This document shows, in pieces, positions 1 through 12,100 of a DNA stretch of 38,760 nucleotides. Where the stretch lies: NCBI GenBank assembly GCA_021432655.1, contig MU271617.1, forward strand, positions 1 to 38,760. The letters are read 5' to 3'. The position numbers were made by a program, and so were the translations under genes. This stretch comes from Atractiella rhizophila (taxonomy: Eukaryota). How positions within the stretch are numbered: position 1 is the first letter of the stretch; the number at the start of each line of letters is the position of its first letter. A model generated the notes under the pieces. That model saw nothing but the letters and a program-made list of their open reading frames with translations. It was not told the origin of the DNA and did no database searches.

Positions 1-1584
1 TCGTCATTCTTCAACGCCTTCAGTCGCTCCTTGCTCAATCTCTCCAACCTCTTCTGCTCCTCTCTCTCCGCCTCAACATGAAACTTCAACACGGCTCGTC
101 CCAATTTCCCAGCCCGTGTACGGCGCATGGAGTGCGCGGAGAGGAGGGAAAGGCGATGAGCGGTTACCTGGGACAGTTGGGAGGAGTGGGCCGCCTTCGA
201 ACGCGCCGTCCGCTCCTGCTTTTGCTTCTTCTCCACCTCCAGCAAGGCTTTGGAGTCGCGCAAAGTCGGCTTCTTGTACCTCCTGAACGCCGTCCGATCC
301 TCCACCAGACTCAGACCTGCCGCTGGCGTGTAGGATTGCATGACTCGTTGACGAAGAGTGCGTTGGAGTGTGAGGAGTGAGATCGCCTTGGATTCGATGA
401 GGAGTTTCGTTTTCAGCTCCTCGTAGTAAGGCGCGTCGGGCAGATTGGCTGATAACTCGCTGAGTTCACGAAGGCGGATCGCGGTTTTGAGAGAGGCAAG
501 ATGTTCCGAAGCTTGGATGAGAGAGTACGGGTCGAGACCGGAGGGAAGGAGGGAAGGTATGACTTTGCGTTCGGTGAGAGCGAGGATGGAGAAGTCGAGA
601 TCGACCTCGTCCGTCGACGCGAACGGGTTGGCGATGTCAGTGTACGGGTACGTGGGGGTGTCGATGAACTCGATTTCCGCCTCGTCCGGCTCCTTTCGCT
701 CCTGCTTTGGTAGCTGAGTCTGACCCTGTGCAGGGGCAGTTGGCAGAGATGGAGCCTGTCCGAGAGGCTGCGAGGTCGGCGGCGCTTGAGAAGGCGCTTT
801 CCCCACGATCCCAACACTCATCCGTCCGTGTCCCTCCTCCAGCTGCCTCTTTAGTTCGCCCCATTCCTTACTACTTGGTCCATCTCCTGCACCCGCCACC
901 CCAGTGGCACCAACACCAACTCCTCCAGCGGTCATGGGAGAGAGAGTGGTGCCTTGAATTGCCTGTTGCAACTCCGGAGAGATGGGTTGGCCTGACGCGA
1001 GCGCCTGATACGCGGTCACCTGTGCTTTGAGCCGGGCTACCGATTGTGCGGGAAGTAAAGGAGGGGAAGGGGATGGATTGGCAGTCCCATTGGTCGCGTT
1101 TGCGGAGGCTGGTGCAGGTGGTTGAGCGGAAGGAGTCGCCTGTTGCGGGGGCGCGGACTGTTGAGACAGTTGTTCGGCTGCCATGCGTGGTGAGATAGTA
1201 CTTGGAGGGAAGAGAACACACGCACTCTTTGCCCTAGTGAAATAGCCCAATATCGTTCTCCATACGGTCGCTTCGGTTGTATGGAGTTGATTGTTCTGTT
1301 TGAGATGCTGGACTTTCTAATGTCGTCCACATAACAGCATGTAAGAAGCTCGTCCAAACCCAAACGCCAACCGCTCAAACCCAGACAATGAAGGAACGAC
1401 GTACACTCAAGACGTGCGCGACAGGCAGCGTCCTCGTCTCCTTCGAGGCGAAGACGGTGACCGTCCCCCTGACCACATCAACGCTGAAGGGCGGTATGTG
1501 GTTCCCGAGGTTAATCACGTTCGGCTGCCCCTGCGCTGGCCCTTGCAATCCGCCTGCCCCTGGAAGTGAAGACACCGCTTGCAT
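1..1584 (-). CDS. SNF2: SWI/SNF-RSC family chromatin-remodelling ATPase (Snf2/Sth1/Snf21-like), 5' portion; continues past the left edge
   Basis: Spliced minus-strand frame from ATG 1584 gives a QLQ motif (SVARLKAQVTAYQALASGQPISPELQQAI, about 960-1050), IPSLLPSGLDPYSL and an HSA helix (KLGRAVLKFHVEAEREEQKRLERLSKERLKALKNDD). Snf2 and Sth1 paralogs cannot be separated from this fragment. Confidence 0.88.
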
Positions 1585-2308
1585 CCTCGATTCTGGGATT
1601 TGTTTGAATTTGAGTTCTGGCCACAACGAACGAATGCTTGATAGTCTCGAACTAGACCTTTACTATCAGGTCGACTCACGTGTTGATGAATTTATGTCTG
1701 TGACTAAACCTGAGGCAACACTAGTGATGGATGAGACATAATATCGTAGACTCTCCATTATAAAAGAACAGGAAGACTTGGGAATCAACTGGTTATTATG
1801 ACAAGAGGCCAAAAAGTTAACTGTGGCATGACGGATCCAAAGTTCGAAAAGTGGGGAGCAAGTTGGCGATGTCTCCGTGAAGGAACCATGTGGTTTAAGG
1901 ATGAGGATGAGATTATCAACGGATACGATGAAATCGTCCAGCAAATGATTCCAAACTCTTACTTCTTAAGCTCCTATTTTGCGAGCCGCCTCGAATCGGC
2001 CATAGTTGACCCAGGGAACGAGAACGAACAGCTCTGTCCGCTTGGAGAGCGACGAGCGATAGGAAGTCTGCACAGACGTCCCAGCTGAGCAGCTGATTTC
2101 CCAAAACAATCGAGTGTTCCCTCGCTATCCGAAAAATTGAGTATCAGCTCGAGATCGGCTCTTGTTCTTGAGCTGGCACGATGCAGACTCACGCTACATC
2201 ACAATATTTATGGAATAATTTATGGCTGCGCTGCTCACAGGGAGTGTGCCATACGCCTCTAGGGATGTCATTGGAATTGATGTCTCCAGTGAGTCCAACA
2301 AGTGGATC

Positions 2309-2318
2309 AAAAACAAAA
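2309..2318 (-). terminator. RNA polymerase III terminator of the tRNA gene
   Basis: TTTTGTTTTT on the minus strand just after the tRNA discriminator base. Confidence 0.75.
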
Positions 2319-2319
2319 C

Positions 2320-2411
2320 CGTCGAGAGCAGGGTTTGAACCTGCGCGTTTTACAACACTTGATCTCAAAATTATTCAAGTCAAGCTCCTTAGACCACTCG
2401 GACATCTCGAC
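2320..2411 (-). tRNA. tRNA-Ser(UGA) with 10-nt intron
   Basis: Minus strand: acceptor GTCGAGA/TCTCGAC plus G73, D arm TGTCCGAGTGGTCTAAGGA, anticodon stem CTTGA/TCAAG around CT-TGA-A-[TAATTTTGAG]-A, long variable arm, T arm GCAGGTTCAAACCCTGC. Confidence 0.93.
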
Positions 2412-2620
2412 AGGACTATTGCTTTAATCTAGCCATAAACATAAAAAGTCTTTTAGGAGTTTTCTATGGTTCCAAGTGAGAACGCCTTCGTGCTCCATAC
2501 TCAAAGTTTTAAGTAAAGTAAGCCTGCACTCCCTGCTTTACACTACCTTCACAGCTCTGCCAACGTCAAGTCGTGATACAACTATTATAGGACATTAACA
2601 CATCGTCGTTCTCTTCATCA

Positions 2621-4583
2621 ATGCGTTCCGGCATGTCGCGACGCAAGTACCTGCTCTTCGGAGCCCTTGCTCTCTTTTCGGGCCTTTCCTCATCATTTTA
2701 CCTTCTCGACATACGGACGGCACCTTCATTACCCTCTGTCAGCTCAGCCCAACAGTACATCGCTGAAAAATGGCAGCATTTCGCAGCTTTTCCTTATTCT
2801 GCCATGCAGCGGCCGTTCCAGCTTTCCAACTATCTGTCAAACGCAACAGATGGACCTAGCGAGCTTTCCTTCCGTTGTGAGTTATCACCTCTATTCCACG
2901 ATCTAATTGATTCTATACTGAAACATTCTTGCAGCAAAACTCCTACCGGATCTGCGGTACGCGACCACTTTCTATGTGGCAGGATTCAACAACCAATTCA
3001 TCTCCCTGTTCAACTTCCTCGACCTCCTCTTCCTCCTCCGCTCTTCTCCATACCCTACGAACTACGTTCCAATTCTCCCTCCCTTCCACCCAGCACACAT
3101 CGACACTTCAGAGTCTCTAGAATTCCTCCCTGTCTCTACGGTCTTCGACATAAAGCGATATGAGAGGGAAACAGGAATGCCTCTCCTCGAGTGGGGGGAC
3201 GTCAAGACCCTACGTGGAAGATCGAAGGGAAGGGAATATGAGCCGTTAGGTTGTTGGAGCAGTTGGGCTGCGAGCTTTGCACATCGAGAACCGGGAGATC
3301 GCATCTCGGAAGGTTACAACTTCCTGAGGACGGCGACGATGGAGCATCTGTCCCTCGATTTGCAGTACACTCAGCTCCCGGACACGGTCGTCAGCCCCAT
3401 CTCGAAATGGCCACGCCCGACGCACCTCGCATTTCTTGCGGACTGGCTTTCACCGGCCATCGATGAGGGGAATAACGTCGTGTCCGACTACCTCCACAAT
3501 CCCAGAGACCTGCAAGCTGCGAAGGTTGCCAGTGCGTATAATCAGACCATTCAGCAGATGAGAGGAGAGAAGTGGATAGCGCCGGAGATGGGGAAAGGGG
3601 AGCTGATGTGCTTCGACAATCTTTACTACGTGCGGCTACGCTGATTTTCTATTTCGACTCTTGGAACTGATACATTGGATGCTTTCAGGCTGGTGACAGT
3701 GGGACACTCGCGCAACCGGAACTCAGTGTGCCAGATGCGTATATCGACTCTGGACCAGGAGTTGGGGGTCCGTCCATCTTTCTCATTGGGTTACTCCCAC
3801 TAATTCCAACAACAGGCGCCTTCCTCGGTGCAGGACGCTTCCTTTACTGGTCCGAAACTGTGTTGACACGTACAGCAACCGCACTCCTAGCGATCCTCGA
3901 CCTCCCATCGAGCTCAGGCACCCTCCCCCCCGTAAGTGTCTGATCCTTTGCACCATCGTTGGCGCTCATACAGTAACGCGGGAGTAGTACATTGCAATGC
4001 ACATCCGCCGCACCGATTTTCTCCCTCGTTGCCACGGCAAACCATGCTTTACAGTCGAATCTTTTGCGCGACATCTAAACGGTCTGATTGAGACTGAGCC
4101 CACGCTCAAAGGGCTACCTGTTGTCGTCACGACGGATGAAACCGACGAGGAGTATGTTGTTCTCTTGGTGATAAGCTTGGCCTACTAACATAGTAACAGA
4201 TATCATAAAGAAATTGCATTGCAGGGATGGAAGCTCCTCAACCACCAAACGCTCCAGACGGAAGAGGTTTACGGCCCGTGGTACGTGTACTTACGCTGAA
4301 CAGGAGCTACCCTGCATTCTGACGACCGTGAAAGGTGGCCAACGCTTATCGATTCTTGTCTCCTATCTTCCGGCAAGGCCCTGGTAGGAACAGCAAGCAG
4401 CACGAGTTGGTGTTCCTTCTTGCCTGCTTCCGTTGACGACTTATCTGCTCCCCAGTGACAGGCATGGCGGGCTTGAGGTTGAAGGTGTGGAATGGAGGAA
4501 AGACCGTCGCTGTCGGGTACGTCTCTCTCACCGTCCTTTCAAAAGACAAGCTTTCTGACCGTTTGTGTAGACCTTTCGACTAG
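2621..4583 (+). CDS. Type II membrane GDP-fucose O-fucosyltransferase-like glycosyltransferase (multi-exon)
   Basis: N-terminal TM (YLLFGALALFSGL), AGFNNQF motif, YIAMHIRRTDF motif, VVVTTDE, LVGTASSTM. GT-AG introns join the frames and end at VGPFD*. Confidence 0.8.
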
Positions 4584-5961
4584 ACCTTTGTGAACAATGC
4601 ACATCTGATCAAGGCAGTTCTTTCTTTTGGGTTTTTGGTGTTTGATGTGCTTTGCATCCTGTGCTTTGTAACGTCACTACTTAGCAGCTGAATGAGTCCT
4701 CGTAATACAAACTCTCGTTATTGTTGACCTGCACATATCACTTCGCAAATATGCCTTCGAAGTCCCAGACTATCCACCTCTTCTTCCACAGAAGCCTGCT
4801 TCCAAGATGCAGCTGTTGGTTCCTCCAAGCCGAAACATATCTTGCCGTACTTTTACTTTCAGACGCCACAGGGGCGATGAGAGATGTTCAGGTGAAGGGA
4901 ATGGAGGGAGGAAAGGCGGTCTGCAGTTTCCGAGTCAGGAGGCGGCTAGGTCAAGTTGCGGATGCCGTTCAAACTGATATCGATGTGGAGGGACGGGACG
5001 ACTTAGGGATCGGGAGAAGGGAAAGTGGAATAGTTCGCGTGAACCTCCTCTGCTGTGTCGCTGTCACAGAACGAGAACTGTCATAGGAATTAATCCAAGC
5101 GCCAAATTCACCGTTCATTTCTGCCAAGCATCAATTCGTTTATCGGAGTTCTCCTCTTTTCACTCCTTAGGTCTCTGGTTCGTTACTGCGCCATTTCTGA
5201 GGCTAGAGTCAAGCGTGAGTGGCCGGGATAGCAGCGTCCTTCCCAAGACAGCCAATGAAAACGAAAGTGCTAATTTCATTAATGATCCATCAATCAGTCC
5301 TCGGCTTCAGAAGACTCATTCATCTCTGGTTCGGTCGAGCTCCAGTTGAACGACGAGTGACCATGGACACGGCGATGCTATGAGTCCGTCAATTTGCGAG
5401 GCAATGACTAAAAGGGGGTTGATTTTCACCATATCAATCTCTACAGAAACTCGAACGTCAGCTGTCAGAGGATATCAGTGCTGTCATACAGACCTCGATC
5501 AAGCTCGCTCGAGGCTTAACGGGATACGCCGCACGCAGGTCAGGTCAGCAGAGCAACGCAGCGCAAAGGACAAGCTGTGCTCTAGCTCTCATCCAAAATT
5601 TCCACAATACGACACAGGACACAGTCAGTAGAATGTCCAGTGAAACTCTGGGTGGCAATGAGGTTCGAAATCGGCCAAGTCCAAGGAGGAGCGGAGTCGC
5701 TCGCTCGCGGGTAAACGGACGGGAACCGAGAATATTCGACTGTCGCCTGCCGAGCTGGCAAGAGCATGGCTGCATTGGAAAGCTTGAGTATAGCATTGGG
5801 CACTCGGCGCTGAAAGGCCTGCGGTGGACAGGAGGGCAGCACAAATAGACTGACGTCGCAGCCGCAAATAGAGGAGCACAACAATAAATCGCCACCCACC
5901 TCGACTTCTCCATCCTTCAATCAGCCAGACCCCTCTCAGCCTCATCTACTTCTACTTGAGA

Positions 5962-8683
5962 ATGATCCATTTCTTTCTACACCATCATCGCGACTCTGCC
6001 AGGTCCACGCCGAAGGATAAGCGGAAGAAGGCGTCGACTTCGCCTCTGATACGATCACGTGCTCCAGAACCAGTGGAGGAACACATCTGCCTCCGCTCCA
6101 GTTTCACGAAGCCGCAACGACCACGACCATCCGCCCTGACCATCTTCCCCGCCTACGCTCCTCCCTTGCCACCCGCACCATCTCAGCCCACTGTCCCTCA
6201 ACTGCCGCTGAAATCGCACAGGAACAACATGGCGACCCGCCCCTCCGCGCGCTCCTCCTCCGCCGCCATCGCCGTCGAAATCGCGTCCTGCCTCGCCTAC
6301 GAAACGCATCTCCCGCCCCACGTCGCCCGTCAAACGCGATCCCAATGCCACACCCACCAAATCCCGTGATCCCTTCTCCTCCACCCCGCCCGTGTCGGCT
6401 AAGAACCCGTTTCGACCTGCCCATGCGAAGAATCACAGCGTGGTCGTGGCGAGCGAGGAACCGACGATGAGCGAGTTGCTGTCCCAGCAGAACTTTGGGA
6501 ATACGCCGGGTGGAGTTGTCAGGGAGAAGGAGAGGGAGAGAAGGTCGAATGAGGAGGGTGTGGTCAGTTGGAGAAAGGGTCAGGGATTTCGGGATTGGGA
6601 GAAGGAGATTTTGGGGAAGACGGCCGTGAGGAGGAAGGCGGATTTGGCCAATCTCTGTGAGTCGCTTCTCTCACGTTGCATTGAGGTCGCATGGATGTAT
6701 GATGCTGTTTCATTTCATGAGAGATATAACATTTAGCTCGAAAGAGTGAAGCTCATTTGATTAGCCTGCACAATAACTCCGTACAATATTCTGGTTACGC
6801 GGTTCACAAACTACCCAAGGCTCCACAGATCGCTGATCTGTTTACTCATAGATTTCTACGACTACTACTTCGACCTCCTCTCCTACCTCCACAGCCGACA
6901 ACAACGTCTCTCCTCCTTCCACCAAGCGACCCGGCAGCTCTCCGATGCCGAAAGAGAGGAAGAATGGGCCTCATACACCGGTCGAGAACGCGCACACCTT
7001 CGAAAGAGACGCACGAAACTCAAGTTGGACGCGTTCCACATCGTCTGTCAGGTGGGGCAGGGAGGGTATGGAGAGATCTTTTTGGCGAAGCAGAAGGAGT
7101 CGGGAGAGATTGTGGCGTTGAAGAGGATGAGGAAGAAGACGTTGGCGAAGATGGACGAGGTGTGTCTTTCGATTTCTGCTCGCTTGTGGGAAAGGAGATG
7201 GGGATGCTGAGACGTAACTTTTGATAGATCCGACATGTACTCACGGAGAGAGATATCCTTTCTCAAGTCGAATCTCCCTGGCTTGTCCGCCTCCTATATG
7301 CCTTTCAAGATCCCACCTACATCTACCTAGCAATGGTGTGTCCTCCATTTTACCAACATCGAAGCAGCAACTGATCTGATGTGATAGGACTTCATAGCGG
7401 GCGGCGACTTCCGGACGCTGCTTAACAACGCGGGTGTGCTGAAAGAAGAGCATGCGCGATTCTACATCAGCGAGATGATTATGAGCGTTGCAGAGCTGCA
7501 CAAATTGGGGTACATCCATCGCGATCTCAAACCGGAGGTACGTCTTCAGATCTCTTACAACACTCATTCGCGATGGATGCGTACCTGATTGTCGCGCATA
7601 GAACTTCCTCATCGATCGCACCGGCCACATCAAACTCACAGACTTCGGCTTGGCTGCTGGAGCTTTGAATCCAGGAAAGATTGATCGACTGAAAGATAAG
7701 GTTCGTCATGCCTTTCGATCTCACTGGATCGACTGGAACTGACCTTCGGATTGGGGCGTGGTGGTAGCTTGAGCAGATGAAGGAGGAAAAGCTTGTTTTC
7801 AGGAGCACGATGGAGAGGAAGACGATGTACATGTCGATGCGGCAGGAGGCTCCTCGGAGTGCAGATTCGGTCGTCGGCAGTCCAGACTACATGGCCATCG
7901 ACAGTGCGTTTTCCCTTCGTTCCTTAGGCATGACCAGAAGCTGATAGGACGGTTCTAGCCATCCGGGGCCAGTCGTACGATCATTCCGTAGACTATTGGT
8001 CCCTCGGTTGCATCCTCTTCGAATTCCTCGCCGGATATCCTCCCTTCTCCGGCGCGACGCCGGAGGAGACGTGGAACAATTTGAAGAATTGGCAAAGGGC
8101 TTTGAGACGGCCACATTATGAGAGGGAGGAGGACAAGATCTTCAATATGTCCGATAACGGCTGGGACGCCATCACTGCGTATGTCCCTTGACCTGCTTCG
8201 ATATGAAGTGAGCTGGATCTGAATCGATGACGCAGGTTTATTGCGAGCAAGAAGACGCGTGTGAGGTCGCTCGATGAAGTCAAGCGATTGGCCTTCTTCG
8301 ATGGTGTTCCATGGTCCACTTTACGCGACACACCAGCCCCTTTCGTCCCAGAACTAGACAGCGAAGTGGAGTGCGTCCCTCCTTCCTTTAATTCAACAAC
8401 TGACATTTACCATGATTGCAGTCCATCGTATTTCGACGATTTCTCTTCCGAAGCGGACCTCGCAAAGTACGCAGAAGTGAAAGAGAAGCAACGGAACGTG
8501 GACAAGATCCCGGAGGTCGAGCAGCCGTTCAATAGAGGGGTTTGGGTCGGATTCACTTTTAAGAGCAAGAATCAGATGAGGGCTTCGCCGTCCGGGGGAG
8601 AGGTGGGCGAGTGGGGATTGATGCCGCCGAGAGGAGGGGATGGGAGGGAGTTTGAGGAGGATGAGTTGGAGGCTTTGTTTTAG
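5962..8683 (+). CDS. DBF2: NDR/LATS-family Ser/Thr kinase, Dbf2/Sid2-like (multi-exon; start uncertain, apparent frameshift near 6241)
   Basis: YFYDYYFDLLSYL and LRKRRTKL Mob-binding region, QVGQGGYGEIFLA, IHRDLKPEN, LTDFGL, SADSVVGSPDYMA, DYWSLG and an AGC tail (PFVPELD...YFDDF...WVGFTF). Confidence 0.93.
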
Positions 8684-9099
8684 ATGGTCAGATCAAGAGG
8701 GAAAGATGTGTTGTGTGTGCTCGCTGCCGAAGATGTTGCATGAATGTACGGTACAATTTTGGACGAAGAATTGTTGTTTTCCTTCCATTACTTCTTGACA
8801 CCTGCAAAGCCAAAGCACAATCCATTTCGAGGATGTTAACAACATCCAATTCCCTGATTGCTGAGGAATAGATTACGGCTGGAGCCTGCATCGTCTTGCC
8901 ATTCCAGCGCAGCGTGCAGCCAGATCCTTCGTCACGGACAGGCTGAGGTACCTTGCAGAATACCCTCCCACCGCAGGTTGAAATGGAAGATGTCGTGTAG
9001 TTTTGATCATGCTCGCGCGATAACTGAAAAAATAAAATGAGAAAATGTGCCAATGCTGTCTAGGATGAAGCAGCGCTCACTTCTCAGCAAATGGTGCAA

Positions 9100-9357
9100 C
9101 TAGAAAACGCCATCTTCTCCCCATTCTGCCATCCTCACACCCGCCAAATTGTTCTTCTGAAACATGATCAGGCCAACCCGCTTCTGTCGTCCATGGGGCT
9201 GCATGATCTCCACCGCTCCGTCGAGGACGAGGTTCAGGTCGCGATCGATGCAGACGAAGGTGCCGTGAAAGACGCGGTTGGAGGCCGTACTGACGATGAG
9301 CGTGTTGCCGATGAGGGATTGGAGGAAGTCGCGTGCTTGCGAAGTATTCGTGGACAT
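9100..9357 (-). CDS. MAK31: Sm-fold protein, most like NatC auxiliary subunit Naa38/Mak31
   Basis: 85 aa with Sm1 motif (LIGNTLIVSTASNRVFHGTFVCIDRDLNLVL) and Sm2 motif (RVGLIMF). GTFVC.D is typical of Naa38/LSMD1. Confidence 0.7.
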   Translation of the reverse strand: MSTNTSQARDFLQSLIGNTLIVSTASNRVFHGTFVCIDRDLNLVLDGAVEIMQPHGRQKRVGLIMFQKNNLAGVRMAEWGEDGVF

Positions 9358-9432
9358 GCTGATCCTCTGGCTGCTGATCCTGAAGCCTGTGATTGTGATT
9401 GGACTGGTCTTAGGAGAGTTTTGTGCTTTATA

Positions 9433-11817
9433 TGTAAATGAAAAAGTCGCAGGGTTACTACCACATGCCGCGTATGAAGAAGTGCTGCGAGAACAGTACC
9501 TCGTACAACTTGAGGAGGCAGCGCAGGGAAGGTCGTATTTCGTACTACCGGAAGCGAGGAGGGCCTACTAGCCCCTCCTTGAACCACCGCAGGTTCTGGA
9601 GCGGTAACTGCTGCTGGGTCGTCAGCAGGAAGCACAATACGAAACGCTGAAGACGCTCCCACATGAGGAAGTTAAGGCGGAAGCCGAGGAGGAAGAAGAG
9701 GTGGCAGAAGACGAGGACACGCCCTCGACTTCCCCGCCCACAACTCCTCCTCCGCCTCCTCCTTCTTCTTCGCAGAGGGGTAGGCTTAAGCTCCAACTGG
9801 AAGAAGCTGAGCCCTAGCTACGCTTACCACAGCTCTCCACCAAGACCTAAACCAATTCTGCCCTTCTTCGCTAAACTGGGCTGCACTCTGGAAACTCCTC
9901 CATGACATTGCTACTTCCGTCTTAATTAGAGGTGTGGTCTCTGTCCTCGCGGTCCCTGCATGCCTTCGTCGAACCAGTGGCCGTTGAGCAGGTTTCTGCT
10001 GCGTTGGGTTGTTCGAGCTCGGAGGGTTTGCCAAGCGTGGTACTTGTGGTGGTCGTTGAAGTGGTGTTCGCATTTCCGGTCTCTATCGAAAAGGGAGGAA
10101 GCTCTACTGGACGCTGAATAGCAACTAGAGCTCTGGCGGGTACCACATTACTTCCTGTCCCCAGTACTCCCGCTGCACCTTCCACAGCAAGTAGAACTTC
10201 AGCCGTAACACCTTCTTGAAGAACGGCTTTCCTAGCCAAAAACCTAGAAACCGCAAGCGCTGCATAAACCGCTTTCACAGCCGGTCGAAGAAGAGACCCT
10301 AAGGGTAGAGAAAACGCTCGAGCCGCGGCCTCAACTTGAAGAAGTACTCAGGTGCTGGCTGCATCACGAACGTCACGGTAAGCTAAAAGAAAACTGCTAC
10401 GTGGCAATTCCTACTCAGACTGCCCGACTTGTGCGCTTCGGTTTGTGTAGTTGCTGGGGCTGGTGGTAAACGGTTTCTTTTCTCTTTGTATGCTTAAATA
10501 ACAAGAGGGTGTAGGAGGGTCATTGCATCAGGGCTACTGGTTCAAGTAGCCGCTTGGATAAAGGAAGGCTCAGCTCCTCGTCAGGTGGCTGTGGTGCTTC
10601 CCGAAGCCGCCGTTCCTTGAACTGGAACGTAGCCCAAGCAACCCCAGCTGTTCTGGTCATCCCCCCTGGACTTGGAAGAGGTACAGCTAAGGTCTCGGAG
10701 GTTAGAGCTCGCGGTAGAAGTTAGGCAGTGGCCACGTTACCAGAGGCAACCACCACCCGTCCAGCATCATAAGCCCTGCCTTGAAAAAGTCCTCAGGTAG
10801 GACACGCTTCAGTCCGCGCATAGGAGGTCAGACATCCATTCTTTCGTTAATCAAAAACCTTCCTACCTTCTCCGGCTCTCTCTCTTGCTTGTCGTTCTTA
10901 CTGCTGCGGACAAGCCATTCGAAGACGGGCAGTTGGAGCATGAGCTGAGGCACTGGTGTAGAGGTAAGAACTACTCGAACCAGTGGAAACGGAAGAACTA
11001 CTAAAAGTGCGCGAGGCCAAGGAAGAGGCGCTATAGGAGTTCACGAAGGTAAACTCGTATGATGTCCGGTAGGTTAGTTGCAGCTCGGTCGTTTCCTTCT
11101 TCTGATGGGTGTCACTATTGGTATGGGCCCTTAACTCGAGGGGGTGCCACGCAGGCGCCCATGCTCACTGGAGGATTGGCGCTCTGCTCCCTTTCTAGCT
11201 CCAACTTTCTTAGGACTTCGGTTAACTGACGCGAAGGCCTAACCATCCACTCCTGAAACTACTCCAGGCCCAGACCGGTCTAGGGAGCGGACGCTGTGTT
11301 TCATTATGTAAAAGTAATAGCGTAGGGGTGAAAGCTTCCTTCGTTTTGCTGCATGGCTGAAGAAGCACAGGAGCATCTTCTGAAAACGGCTCAGAACTTA
11401 GAAGTTGAGACGGACCCACAAACAAGGTCGTGGCAACTACGGTCTCCATCGGAACCACCTCAAAGGAGGTTTCTTCCCCAAGAACAGCTCCTGGTTCTGC
11501 AAACGAGGGGAGACCATCTCCCATACACGACGACTCTCTGGCCTGTCTGGAGGCGGATGATGCTACTGAAACAACCTGTACGACTCGACCTTCATCGACC
11601 TTCGACCCCTTCACTTCACCAAAGCACCTCACTACTTTACGTGCTTACCCCTTCCTCGAAAATACGGGCCGACTTTAGCCAATGTTACGTCAAAGTGCAC
11701 ACTAGCGCTCAAACAATCGACTACAGGCCCTTATAAGTAGGCTGGCAATGGGCCTGCAAGCGTAGTTGTAGTAGTTGGACGAACGAATTGTGGTGGTGCC
11801 GATGATCGGATGATGAA
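9433..11817. pseudogene. Decayed, compositionally atypical island with stop-riddled reading frames (probable relic mobile or foreign element)
   Basis: Protein-like frames broken by in-frame stops (+ strand about 9440-9900: ARRAY*PLLEPPQVLER*LLLG; - strand about 11100-9920; + strand about 11350-11800). No GATC, high TpA, abuts an assembly gap. No recognisable domain; left boundary approximate. Confidence 0.55.
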
Positions 11818-12068
11818 NNNNNNNNNNNNNNNNNNNNNNNNNNNNNNNNNNNNNNNNNNNNNNNNNNNNNNNNNNNNNNNNNNNNNNNNNNNNNNNNNNN
11901 NNNNNNNNNNNNNNNNNNNNNNNNNNNNNNNNNNNNNNNNNNNNNNNNNNNNNNNNNNNNNNNNNNNNNNNNNNNNNNNNNNNNNNNNNNNNNNNNNNNN
12001 NNNNNNNNNNNNNNNNNNNNNNNNNNNNNNNNNNNNNNNNNNNNNNNNNNNNNNNNNNNNNNNNNNNN
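11818..12068. other. Assembly gap (251 N)
   Basis: Run of N bases. Confidence 1.
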
Positions 12069-12100
12069 GAGGCAGAAAGTTCAACTCCCTAAAGTCCCCT

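Noticed and set aside
1798..2088. 96-aa ORF between the SNF2-like gene and the tRNA
   Set aside because: No recognisable domain or splice structure; it lies in a promoter region.
2320..2411. tRNA-Sec or opal suppressor because of the TGA triplet
   Set aside because: The anticodon is 5'-UGA-3', which reads the Ser codon UCA; tRNA-Sec needs anticodon UCA and a longer acceptor stem.
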